Origin: Pseudomonadota bacterium
GTDB taxonomy: Bacteria > Pseudomonadota > Alphaproteobacteria > Rickettsiales > SXRF01
NCBI GenBank assembly: GCA_028873275.1
Contig: JAGWLJ010000001.1
Span: 1-36,177, forward strand
Direction: 5' to 3'
Length of the DNA stretch: 36,177 nt
Position numbers and translations under genes: made by a program. The number at the start of each line of letters is the position of its first letter. Within the stretch, counting starts at the first letter, position 1. The notes under the pieces were generated by a model. It saw only the letters and a program-made list of their open reading frames with translations, was not told where the DNA came from and made no database searches. Shown in pieces: positions 8,013 to 18,648 of the stretch.

Positions 8013-9006
8013 CCTGCTTTCCGGCATCCTGCGCTATTACGAGACTCCTTATAAACGCGACCTGAAAGAGCCACCCTGCATCTGGCAGCGCGGCAATGCG
8101 CGATTGCTGGATTACGAGGTAACCGCTGCCGCTCATCAGCCCGTCACTCTCTTCATCCCATCTCTCATCAATCGCTATTATATCCTTGATCTGGATAAAG
8201 AACGCAGCCTCCTGCGCTTCATGGCCCGGCATGGAATATACCCGCTGGTGCTGGACTGGGGCGCACCGGGAGAATATGAGAAGGATTTCGGCTGCGACGA
8301 CTATGTTACCGAAATACTGCTTCCCGCCATCGATTTTCTCGCCCGCAGCGCCGGGCGCATTACGCTTGCCGGATATTGCATGGGAGGCAACCTGGCGCTG
8401 GCGGCGACGCAGCTGCGGCAAAAACAAGTCGCGGCGCTGGCGCTGCTGGCGACGCCATGGGATTTCCATTGCCGTGAATTCTCCTCCTTTATTCTCGATA
8501 AGTCCTGGCTCCCCATGGTGGAATCGCTGATTGCATCGGAAAAGCATATTCCGGCCGATGTCCTGCAATCCCTGTTCTACATGGCCGATCCCTGGGTGTT
8601 CGAAAAGAAATTCCGCCGCTTCGCCCAGTTGAAGCCGGAAAGCCGGGAGGCACAGGAATTCGTGGCGCTGGAGCGCTGGGTCAATGACGGCGTGCCGATG
8701 ACCGCTCAGGCTGCCAGAGACTGCCTGATCGGCTGGGCGCAGAATAACGAGCTGGCCGGCGGCAAGTGGCAGGTCGCGGGCAAAAAAATTGATCCGGCAG
8801 TGCTGAAAATGCCCACTTTCATCGCTATCCCGCAGAACGACCGCATCGTCCCGCAAGGCTGTGCCGCAGCCCTGGCAAAAGCCACGCCGAAAGCCCATGT
8901 CATTCATCCCGGCGGCGGCCATGTCGGCATGATCGTCGGCGGCCAGGCAAAGCAGGAATTGTGGCTGCCTTTGGTGACATGGATGAAAACAGGAACCTTC
9001 AAATGA
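7816..9006 (+). CDS. PHA synthase-like alpha/beta hydrolase (PhaC-related). The start is uncertain.
   Basis: Lipase-box-like catalytic motif GYCMGGNLA (G-x-C-x-G-G) in an alpha/beta hydrolase context, divergent from phaR. The ORF-track start at 7756 is a GTG followed by rare codons. The first ATG in frame is 7816, with no SD. See the frame-switch finding. Confidence 0.75.
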   Translation: MKPPPSPPLPLLPMHLALSLGCWLSSPFAWASAKNGWPASSSNYSPESHAALRQALAGEAKSRAHDLLSGILRYYETPYKRDLKEPPCIWQRGNARLLDYEVTAAAHQPVTLFIPSLINRYYILDLDKERSLLRFMARHGIYPLVLDWGAPGEYEKDFGCDDYVTEILLPAIDFLARSAGRITLAGYCMGGNLALAATQLRQKQVAALALLATPWDFHCREFSSFILDKSWLPMVESLIASEKHIPADVLQSLFYMADPWVFEKKFRRFAQLKPESREAQEFVALERWVNDGVPMTAQAARDCLIGWAQNNELAGGKWQVAGKKIDPAVLKMPTFIAIPQNDRIVPQGCAAALAKATPKAHVIHPGGGHVGMIVGGQAKQELWLPLVTWMKTGTFK

Positions 9007-9536
9007 GTTTTTATAAGCAGCCGCACAGGCCTTTTAAAAAAAGAGATATAGAGCAATACGCCGCTTCCTACGATTATCCGGAACCCCCTAAGTTTAAAAC
9101 AAAAGGCTTTCTGACTTATGATGATCTGGAACTAATCGGTATGTGGAAAACCCGCCGGCAAAGCAGAAACTATCAAAAAAACGATGATGATTTTGTCAGA
9201 GACATAACCCGCGCCTCATTTAATAAACGATCCGGTGAGAAATTCAGAATAGAGGTGCTGACATTATTGCAGGGCGTGCATTACCCGGTTGCGTCGGCGC
9301 TACTGCATGTTGGTTATGACGATACTTATCCTATCATCGATTTTCGAACCCTTTGGTCGTTATGGGCAATTGAGCCAGCGCATATCAAATATACGTTTGA
9401 ATTATGGTCGTTTTATATTAGCGCATGCCGCAAAATCGCCAAAGACGCCAATGTTTCAGTAAGAACCGTTGATAAAGCGCTGTGGCAGTATTCGAGGCAA
9501 CACCAAATCCAGTTTTTACCAGAAAATTCTTTCTAA
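9003..9536 (+). CDS. Hypothetical protein, an AT-rich orphan gene.
   Basis: I take the start as the ATG at 9003, which overlaps the PhaC-like stop (ATGA). The product is 177 aa, MSFYKQPHRPF.... The central motif is HYPVASALLHVGYDDTYPIIDFRTLWSL. It is visibly AT-richer than both neighbours. Confidence 0.6.
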   Translation: MSFYKQPHRPFKKRDIEQYAASYDYPEPPKFKTKGFLTYDDLELIGMWKTRRQSRNYQKNDDDFVRDITRASFNKRSGEKFRIEVLTLLQGVHYPVASALLHVGYDDTYPIIDFRTLWSLWAIEPAHIKYTFELWSFYISACRKIAKDANVSVRTVDKALWQYSRQHQIQFLPENSF

Positions 9537-9714
9537 TTATCTCTTGATTTTTGAGATTTTATCGTTAGATATAACCTCCCTATCGTGGGATGGCGGCAAC
9601 ATCCCTTTTATTTTAACCCGGAGCAGCCTTGCCGATGTCTCCACAACCGTAAGTCTTAGCGTCATCGTGCGGCCAGGCCCCGATGGCATGCAGTACTTCA
9701 GGATAATCAGATCT

Positions 9715-11463
<1,749 letters not shown>

Positions 11464-11464
11464 C

Positions 11465-11520
11465 AGTGCGAGTGCGGGTGCGGTGTAAGTGTAAAAAACA
11501 CTGACACCCGCACTCACACT
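11465..11520. terminator. Long imperfect stem-loop after rpsA. It is a possible terminator or RNA-processing hairpin.
   Basis: AGTGCGAGTGCGGGTG (11465-80) pairs with CACCCGCACTCACACT (11505-20), 15/16 Watson-Crick with one mismatch. The loop contains A6. No downstream T-tract. Confidence 0.4.
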
Positions 11521-11531
11521 CACCCCCGCTT

Positions 11532-12452
11532 ATGGCCCTCAACGCTGACACGCTGCTGGATCGCCTCTACCTCAAAAGCCAGATCACCAAATGGCGGGTA
11601 CTGGCGATCCTGTTCGCCGTCATCGCGATTATTGCCTTCACTGAACGTTATTCTTCTCATTCCCCTATCGAGAAAGATTACGTCGCCCGCATCTCCTTCG
11701 ACGGCATCATCGATGACGACCAGAAAATCTACGATATGCTCGACGACATCGGCGACAATCATAAGATCAAGGCGGTCATCGTCTCGCTCGATACGCCGGG
11801 CGGCAGCGCCGTCGGCGGCGAGGAAGTATATCTGCGCCTGCGCCAGCTGGCGCAGAAAAAGCCGGTCGTGGCGGTGATGCGCTCCATTGCCGCTTCGGCG
11901 GGTTATATGGTAGCGCTGGGGGCCGACCGCATCTATGCTCGCGAAGGCACCATCACCGGCTCGATCGGCGTGCTGATCGAAGCGGCGGAAGTCACCGATC
12001 TCGCCGCCAAAATCGGCGTCACTCCGATTATCATCAAATCCTCGCCGCTGAAGGGCTCACCCTCGCCCTTCGAGAAAGCGACGCCGGAAGCCAAAGAAGT
12101 GCTGCACGACGTCATCATGGATTTCTACGATCATTTCGTCGCCATCGTGGCGGCGCGCCGCGGCCTCCCGCATGACAAGGTGGTGGCGCTGGCCGACGGC
12201 CGCGTCTACAGCGGCACCCGCGCCGTTGCCGACAAGCTGGTCGATGCCATTGGCGGTGAAGACGAAGCCATGCAATGGCTGGTGAGCGCCAAACATGTTC
12301 GCGAAGGCCTGGATATCAAGGACGTTCAGCCGGAAAAAGAAACCAGCCTCCTCGATCAGCTGACGCAGGATTTCGCCGGCATCTTTTTTCAAAAAAGCCG
12401 CAGCGTAATGCTTGACGGGCTGGTTGCCGTGTGGCATCCTGACCTCCATTAA
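11532..12452 (+). CDS. sppA: Signal peptide peptidase SppA, 36K type.
   Basis: 306 aa with an N-terminal TM segment. Motifs are VIVSLDTPGGSAVGGEE and ASAGYMVALGADRIYAREGTITGSIGV, the ClpP/crotonase-type S49 peptidase core. Confidence 0.88.
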   Translation: MALNADTLLDRLYLKSQITKWRVLAILFAVIAIIAFTERYSSHSPIEKDYVARISFDGIIDDDQKIYDMLDDIGDNHKIKAVIVSLDTPGGSAVGGEEVYLRLRQLAQKKPVVAVMRSIAASAGYMVALGADRIYAREGTITGSIGVLIEAAEVTDLAAKIGVTPIIIKSSPLKGSPSPFEKATPEAKEVLHDVIMDFYDHFVAIVAARRGLPHDKVVALADGRVYSGTRAVADKLVDAIGGEDEAMQWLVSAKHVREGLDIKDVQPEKETSLLDQLTQDFAGIFFQKSRSVMLDGLVAVWHPDLH

Positions 12453-12475
12453 TCATTCAATCTCAAGGGCCTGTT

Positions 12476-12772
12476 ATGACAAAATCCGAACTGATTCTCC
12501 GCCTCGCCAAGAAATATCCTCACCTTTATCAGCGCGATATCGAGGCGATGGTTTCCACCATTTTCGATAATATTTCGCAGACCCTTGTTGACGGCGGCCG
12601 CGTGGAACTGCGCGGCTTCGGCGCGTTCTCCATCCGCAAGCGCGAGGCGCGCAAGGCCCGCAATCCCAAGAACGGCCAGGAAGTATTTATCGGCGAGCGC
12701 TGCGCCATTTATTTCCGCACCGGCAAGGAATTGCGCGAGCGCATCAACAAGCCTCCGGTGATGACGCACTGA
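12476..12772 (+). CDS. ihfB: Integration host factor subunit beta.
   Basis: 98 aa. MTKSELI..., GGRVELRGFGAFSIRKREARKARNPKNGQEV and a proline-containing arm are diagnostic of the HU/IHF family, beta type. Confidence 0.92.
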   Translation: MTKSELILRLAKKYPHLYQRDIEAMVSTIFDNISQTLVDGGRVELRGFGAFSIRKREARKARNPKNGQEVFIGERCAIYFRTGKELRERINKPPVMTH

Positions 12773-12781
12773 TCATTATCT

Positions 12782-12799
12782 TTCCCGCGCAGGCGGGAA
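12782..12799. repeat. Short palindromic element TTCCCGC-GCAG-GCGGGAA (flanked ...TCATTATCT and TCCAG). It belongs to the same family as the element at 16112-16131 and may double as the ihfB terminator hairpin.
   Basis: Perfect 7-bp inverted repeat with a 4-nt loop, 10 nt after the ihfB stop. It matches about 22 of 28 positions of the minus-strand sequence GTCATCCCCGCAAAGGCGGGGATCC in tsaC. Confidence 0.6.
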
Positions 12800-12818
12800 T
12801 CCAGAGCCTACGGTACCT

Positions 12819-13145
12819 ATGATGAAATTCATCAAGTGGTTTTTCATCATCGCCGTCATTGCGGGATTTACCGTATTCGCCACGGCGAATCGCCAGCCCG
12901 TCAGGATCAGCTTTTTTCCCTTCCCTTACGTCATGGAAACGCCAGGCTTCCTGCTGGCGACATTGTGCTTCGCGCTGGGGGCGATTACCGGCTGGCTGGT
13001 GAACGCGATGAAGCTGTGGCAAAGCCGGCAGCGGTTCAGGGCCGAGCGGCAGCGCGTTCAGGCGCTTGAGAACGAGGTAAAAATGCTGCGCATGGAGCAA
13101 TCGGCGCAGGCGGTTCCTCCTCCCGCCCTGGAAAAACCGGCATGA
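12819..13145 (+). CDS. LapA-family (DUF1049) inner-membrane protein.
   Basis: 108 aa with two TM helices (FIKWFFIIAVIAGFTVFA and GFLLATLCFALGAITGWLV), then a basic coiled-coil tail. Its position between ihfB and trpF is typical. The stop overlaps the trpF start (ATGA). Confidence 0.7.
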   Translation: MMKFIKWFFIIAVIAGFTVFATANRQPVRISFFPFPYVMETPGFLLATLCFALGAITGWLVNAMKLWQSRQRFRAERQRVQALENEVKMLRMEQSAQAVPPPALEKPA

Positions 13146-13775
13146 TTTCGGTCAAAATCTGCGGGCTGAACAGCGAAGAGGCCGTTAGCGCCGCCGTCAC
13201 TGCCGGCGCTCATTATGCTGGCTTCGTTTATTTTCCTGCTTCACCGCGGCATATGCCTCTTGAGCGCGCCGCTGCGCTGAAGTCACTGTTGCCGCACTCG
13301 ATCAAAAGCGTCTCCGTGCTGGTCGATCCTGAGGATGCGCTGCTGGCGCTGGTTCAGGTCACTCTCAGGCCCGATTACCTTCAGCTGCATGGCAGGGAAA
13401 CGCCGCAGCGCCTGCGCGAGATACGTAAGAATTTTCCCGGCCTGAAGCTGATCAAAGCCATCCCTGTCCATCACGCCGGGGACATCACCGCCGCGCAGCC
13501 ATTCTACGATTACGCCGATATGCTGTTGTTCGACGCCAAGGCCCCCTCGCCCAGCAAGCTCCCCGGCGGCAATGCGTTGTCCTTTGACTGGTCACTGCTC
13601 GGTGGCAAATCATTCCCGCTGCCGTGGTTCCTCTCCGGGGGACTCCATCCCGGCAATGTGCGGGAAGCCATACGCATCAGCGGCGCTGAAATGGTCGATG
13701 TCTCCTCTGGCGTTGAATCGGCTCCCGGTGTAAAAGACGCGGCGTTGATTGCATCCTTCATCACAGCGGCACGAT

Positions 13776-13786
<11 letters not shown>
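13142..13786 (+). CDS. trpF: Phosphoribosylanthranilate isomerase.
   Basis: 214 aa with VKICGL, YAGFVYF..SPR, YLQLHG, LPGG...FDW and the LSGGL motif. Confidence 0.9.
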
Positions 13787-14974
<1,188 letters not shown>

Positions 14975-14978
<4 letters not shown>

Positions 14979-15772
14979 GTGACCGCATCGAAAAAACCTT
15001 CGCCTGCCTGCGCGCGGAAAAAAGCGCCGCGCTGATTCCTTTCATCATGAGTTACGATCCTGATGCCGAAACCACCGCGGCGCTGCTGGAAGCATTGCCG
15101 GCGGCGGGCGCCGGCCTGATCGAAATCGGCATGCCGTTTTCCGATCCCATGGCCGACGGGCCGGTGATCCAGGCCGCGGGAAAACGCGCGCTGGACGCCG
15201 GCGCTACCGTGAGCGGCATTCTGGAACTAGTGCGCAATTTCCGCAAAAAGAACAATGACACGCCGATCATCCTGATGGGCTATTTCAATCCGGTCTACCG
15301 TTACGGCAATGAGACATTCTGCAAAGACGCCGCCAGCGCCGGTGTCGACGGTCTGATCCTGGTCGACCTCCCACCGGAGGAAGAACACGAAATCCGCCCG
15401 TATCTTGATGAAAGCGGAATCAGGCTGATCCGCCTGATCGCTCCCACCAGTGATGATGCGCGCCTCAAGCTGCTCACCGCCTCCGCCAGCGGTTTTGTCT
15501 ATTATATCTCCGTCACCGGTATCACTGGCGCCAAATCGGCCGATCAGGAAACATTGAAAAAGAAAATCGCCCACCTGCGCCGGTTCACCGCGCTTCCTGT
15601 CGCCGCCGGATTCGGCATCAAAACACCGGAACAGGCAAAGCAGGCGGCTGAGCACGCCGATGCGGTGGTAGTGGGCTCGGCATTGGTCGATGTCATCAGC
15701 AAAGCCAAAGGAAAAGATGCCGTCGTGAAAGCGGCAACCGGATTTGTGAGAAGCTTGGCGGAAGCGCTTTAG
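14975..15772 (+). CDS. trpA: Tryptophan synthase alpha chain.
   Basis: 265 aa. The GTG start overlaps the trpB stop (GTGA). Motifs are [23 protein letters not shown] and VGSALV. Confidence 0.92.
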
Positions 15773-16707
15773 TGGCGTGGCGCCGCCGCCCTTTTCAGCC
15801 GGTCATTAATGGCAATTCCCAATCCCTCCTCCGGCACCGGCATGGCAGCGATGGAGATCGCCGCGCTGGCATCCAGCCGGCGCAGCATGCGGAAAAGATT
15901 TGCCGCAGCTTCCTGAAGGTCGCCGCGCAAGCTGAGATTCTCCACCATCGCCGCCTTCGGAACATTCGCGCCGAACGCCAGCAACGCTTCTCCCGGCTTC
16001 GCTTCTGTGGCATGGAGCCGCAGCGGCTTCGACGGCGCGTAGTGGCTGGCCAGCATGCCGGGAGCTTTTATACCGCCATTTTCGCGAAGGCAAAAATCAC
16101 TTTGCGAATGGATCCCCGCCTTTGCGGGGATGACAAGGCCTCCCGGGCGGAGAATCTCCGGCGTATCGCCTGTGCAATCGACAATGGTCGATTCAATGCC
16201 CACTTCGCACGGGCCGCCATCAAGAATCATCGCGACTCGACCGCTTAATTCTTCACGCACATGCGCGGCCTCGGTCGGGCTGATGCGGCCGGAGCGGTTA
16301 GCGCTGGGCGCGGCGATGGGCAGCTGCGCGGCAGCCAGTAATTTCTGTGCGACGGGATGGGCAGGCATGCGTATCGCCACCGTATCCATGCCGGCGCTGA
16401 CCAGCAGCGAGAGCATGCAATCCTTCCGCCGCGGCAGCACCAGCGTCAGCGGCCCCGGCCAGAATTTTTTTGCGAGTGCCAGTGCATGGTCATTGAACTC
16501 CGCATATTTTTTTGCTTCTTCCAGCGACGACACGTGCACAATCAGCGGATTGAATTGCGGGCGTTCCTTAGCCGCGTAAATCGCCGCCACCGCCGCGTCG
16601 GAGAGGGCATTGCCGCCCAGCCCGTAGACGGTTTCGGTGGGAAACGCCACCAGCTTTCCCTCTTTAAGAAAATCCGCCGCCTTCTCAATATCCGCACTAA
16701 TAGTCAT
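15769..16707 (-). CDS. tsaC: L-threonylcarbamoyladenylate synthase, Sua5/TsaC long form (YrdC domain plus SUA5 C-terminal domain).
   Basis: Motifs are VAFPTETVYGLGGNA, KERPQFNPLIVHV, WPGPLTLVL, APSANRSGRISPT, ESTIVD and SPGMLASHYAP-like (APGMLASHYAP). The ATG at 16707 is preferred over the TTG at 16728. The gene is convergent with trpA and overlaps it by 4 nt. Confidence 0.9.
   Translation of the reverse strand: MTISADIEKAADFLKEGKLVAFPTETVYGLGGNALSDAAVAAIYAAKERPQFNPLIVHVSSLEEAKKYAEFNDHALALAKKFWPGPLTLVLPRRKDCMLSLLVSAGMDTVAIRMPAHPVAQKLLAAAQLPIAAPSANRSGRISPTEAAHVREELSGRVAMILDGGPCEVGIESTIVDCTGDTPEILRPGGLVIPAKAGIHSQSDFCLRENGGIKAPGMLASHYAPSKPLRLHATEAKPGEALLAFGANVPKAAMVENLSLRGDLQEAAANLFRMLRRLDASAAISIAAMPVPEEGLGIAINDRLKRAAAPRH
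16081..16134. repeat. Double-hairpin palindromic element embedded in frame in the tsaC linker.
   Basis: Hairpin 1 is TTCGCGAAG (16081-89) with CTTTGCGAA (16100-08). Hairpin 2 is ATCCCCGC (16112-19) - CTTT - GCGGGGAT (16124-31). On the coding strand this encodes VIPAKAGIHSQSDFCLRENGG. Confidence 0.65.
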
Positions 16708-16794
16708 CAAAAACTGTTCTGCTACCAAATATAGTTGTGAAAAGGATTCACTTGGTTTAAGTTCGCCTTATCGCATGTTTCAGCGGAGGCAAGT

Positions 16795-17472
16795 ATGGCA
16801 AAAGTGATCACCATTGCACAGCAAAAAGGCGGCGCCGGGAAAACCACGCTGGCGGCGCATCTGGCCGTGGCGCTGGCGCAGAAAGGCAACCGCGTTGCCA
16901 TCATCGACATCGACCCGCAGGGAAGCCTCACCCACTGGCACCGCATCCGAGAGGAAAAGCTCGGCGAAGGCTATACCGGGCTGGTTTTCAGCGCCCTCTC
17001 CGGCTGGCGCATCGGCAGCGAGGTGTCGCGCCTACGCAAGCAATGCGATTTCATCGTCATCGACAGCCCGCCGCATACCGAAACCGAGGCGCGCACCGCC
17101 ATCCGCGCCGCCGATCTTATCCTCGTGCCCGTGCAGCCCAGCCCCACCGACGTGTGGGCCACCAAGGCCACACTCGATCTCGCCAAGGCTGAGAAAATTC
17201 CGGTCAAGGTCGTGCTCAACCGCGTCCCTGCCAGCTCGCGGCTCGCGCAGACCATCGCCGCCGAGCTGACCGACCTGGCCGATGCCACGCTGGGCAGCCG
17301 GGTGCTCTTCGCCTCCTCCCTCCTCGAAGGCCGCACCGCCACCGAGCTGGAGCCCACCAGCCCCGCCGCGCAGGAAGTCAAGACCCTTATTAAGGAAGTG
17401 CTGGCACTGGTGAAAGACAAGGATGAAGAAGCTCCCGCCAAGGCTGCTAAAAAGGAACTGGCGGAAGCCTAG
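16795..17472 (+). CDS. Orphan ParA/MinD-family P-loop ATPase.
   Basis: 225 aa. The deviant Walker A is IAQQKGGAGKTT and the Walker B region is IVIDSPP. SD GGAGG lies 6 nt upstream. No parB follows. Confidence 0.85.
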   Translation: MAKVITIAQQKGGAGKTTLAAHLAVALAQKGNRVAIIDIDPQGSLTHWHRIREEKLGEGYTGLVFSALSGWRIGSEVSRLRKQCDFIVIDSPPHTETEARTAIRAADLILVPVQPSPTDVWATKATLDLAKAEKIPVKVVLNRVPASSRLAQTIAAELTDLADATLGSRVLFASSLLEGRTATELEPTSPAAQEVKTLIKEVLALVKDKDEEAPAKAAKKELAEA

Positions 17473-17732
17473 CCTTCGCTGTCCGCCTGAATTCTCACGG
17501 CGTGCAGGCCGGTTTTAAGTTCATCGGCCAATAGCTTATAGACGGCCTGGTGACGCTCGACGCGGCTCATTCCGTTGAAACCTCGTGATTTTATAATGAT
17601 TTCATAATGGGTTTCGCCCCCCGGCCGCGCGCCCGGATGGCCGATATGCTTATGGGATTCATCGCGTACTTCGAGATGGCCCGGATGAAGATTTTCGGTT
17701 AAAATAAATCGAATGCGTTCACTGCGATTCAT
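17469..17732 (-). CDS. bolA: BolA family protein.
   Basis: 87 aa with DESHKHIGH...ETHYEIIIKS..F.G.SRVERHQAVYKLL and the GLHAV motif. Confidence 0.88.
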   Translation of the reverse strand: MNRSERIRFILTENLHPGHLEVRDESHKHIGHPGARPGGETHYEIIIKSRGFNGMSRVERHQAVYKLLADELKTGLHAVRIQADSEG

Positions 17733-17753
17733 ACGAATATCCTAGCACCGCCC

Positions 17754-18314
17754 ATGGCCAATAAAAGAAAAAACGATTACGCCCCGCACATCCCGCCTGA
17801 GACGGCGCCGCTTTGCCATGCCGAGGGATGCGCCGAGCGCGGCGCCTACAAAGCGCCGCTGTCGCGCGACAGCCTGCAGGATTACCACTGGTTCTGCCTT
17901 GATCACATCCGCGAGCACAACCAGAAATGGGATTTCTTCGCCGGCATGGATGCCGAGCAGATTGACCTGTTCCGGCGCGATGCCGTGCACGGCCACCGTC
18001 CCACCTGGAGCCGCGAGCAGCGCATCCGCCATTCCTGGCAATTGCAGGATGCGCTTTATGAGTTCCTCCATCCCGATGCCCCGAAGCCGAAAGCCAGGCC
18101 TTCGCTGCCGCCCAAGCTGCGCAAGTCGCTGGCGGCGCTGGACATGGAATATCCCTATACGCTGCAGCAGCTCAAAACGAAATATCGCGCGCTGGCCCGC
18201 AAGCATCACCCGGATGCCAACCGCGGCGATCCGCAATCGGAGGAACGCTTCAAGAAAATCACCGCCGCCTACCAGCACCTGCTGGCGCACGGCAAAGAAG
18301 CGTTGCCTGCCTGA
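17754..18314 (+). CDS. J-domain (DnaJ-like) protein with an N-terminal Cys/His-containing region.
   Basis: 186 aa. The C-terminal J domain reads LKTKYRALARKHHPDANRGDPQSEERFKKITAAYQHL (HPD motif). It is divergent from bolA across only 21 nt. Confidence 0.85.
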   Translation: MANKRKNDYAPHIPPETAPLCHAEGCAERGAYKAPLSRDSLQDYHWFCLDHIREHNQKWDFFAGMDAEQIDLFRRDAVHGHRPTWSREQRIRHSWQLQDALYEFLHPDAPKPKARPSLPPKLRKSLAALDMEYPYTLQQLKTKYRALARKHHPDANRGDPQSEERFKKITAAYQHLLAHGKEALPA

Positions 18315-18348
18315 GCGTATTCACCTATATCAAACCACAGGAGACCTT

Positions 18349-18648
18349 ATGATTTCACATGCACGAATCGCACTGGCAGCGCTCATGCTGATGACCGGCA
18401 ACACAGCGGCGCTGGCGGATAATCCTGCCCCCAAGCCACAGGCTCCGGCGAAACCGCCCGCCGCCAAAGCAGCATCGGCCGTGTGGACAACGCAGGACAT
18501 CGCCGCCTATTGCCTGCCGATCGCCGATGGCAATCCCAACAGCCATGCCTACCAGGGCTGCATGGAGCGCCAGCAGAGGCATCTCGGCCGCGTCAAAACC
18601 CCGGCCGACATCAACGACCTGGAAAACGCCAGAGCCCTCAGCCAATGA
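18349..18648 (+). CDS. Small secreted or periplasmic hypothetical protein.
   Basis: 99 aa, read from the downstream part of ORF 17818..18648. AGGAG lies 6-7 nt before the ATG at 18349. The signal peptide is MISHARIALAALMLMTGNTAALA/DNP, followed by a Pro/Ala linker and 2 Cys. The stop overlaps the cobS start (ATGA). Confidence 0.6.
   Translation: MISHARIALAALMLMTGNTAALADNPAPKPQAPAKPPAAKAASAVWTTQDIAAYCLPIADGNPNSHAYQGCMERQQRHLGRVKTPADINDLENARALSQ

Noticed and set aside
7777-8922. 381-aa ORF on the minus strand.
   Set aside because: It is antisense to the PhaC-like gene, which carries the G-x-C-x-G-G box. The composition is that of a shadow ORF.
8961-9002. ORF-track N-terminal extension of the 9003..9536 gene (MAAFGDMDENRNLQ).
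   Set aside because: It lies inside the PhaC-like coding end. The ATG at 9003 in an ATGA overlap is the more economical start.
17818-18348. Upstream 177 codons of ORF 17818..18648.
   Set aside because: This is an alternative frame inside the J-domain gene with an Arg/Ser/Pro-rich product. Only the part after the AGGAG-ATG at 18349 looks like a real gene, because it starts with a signal peptide.
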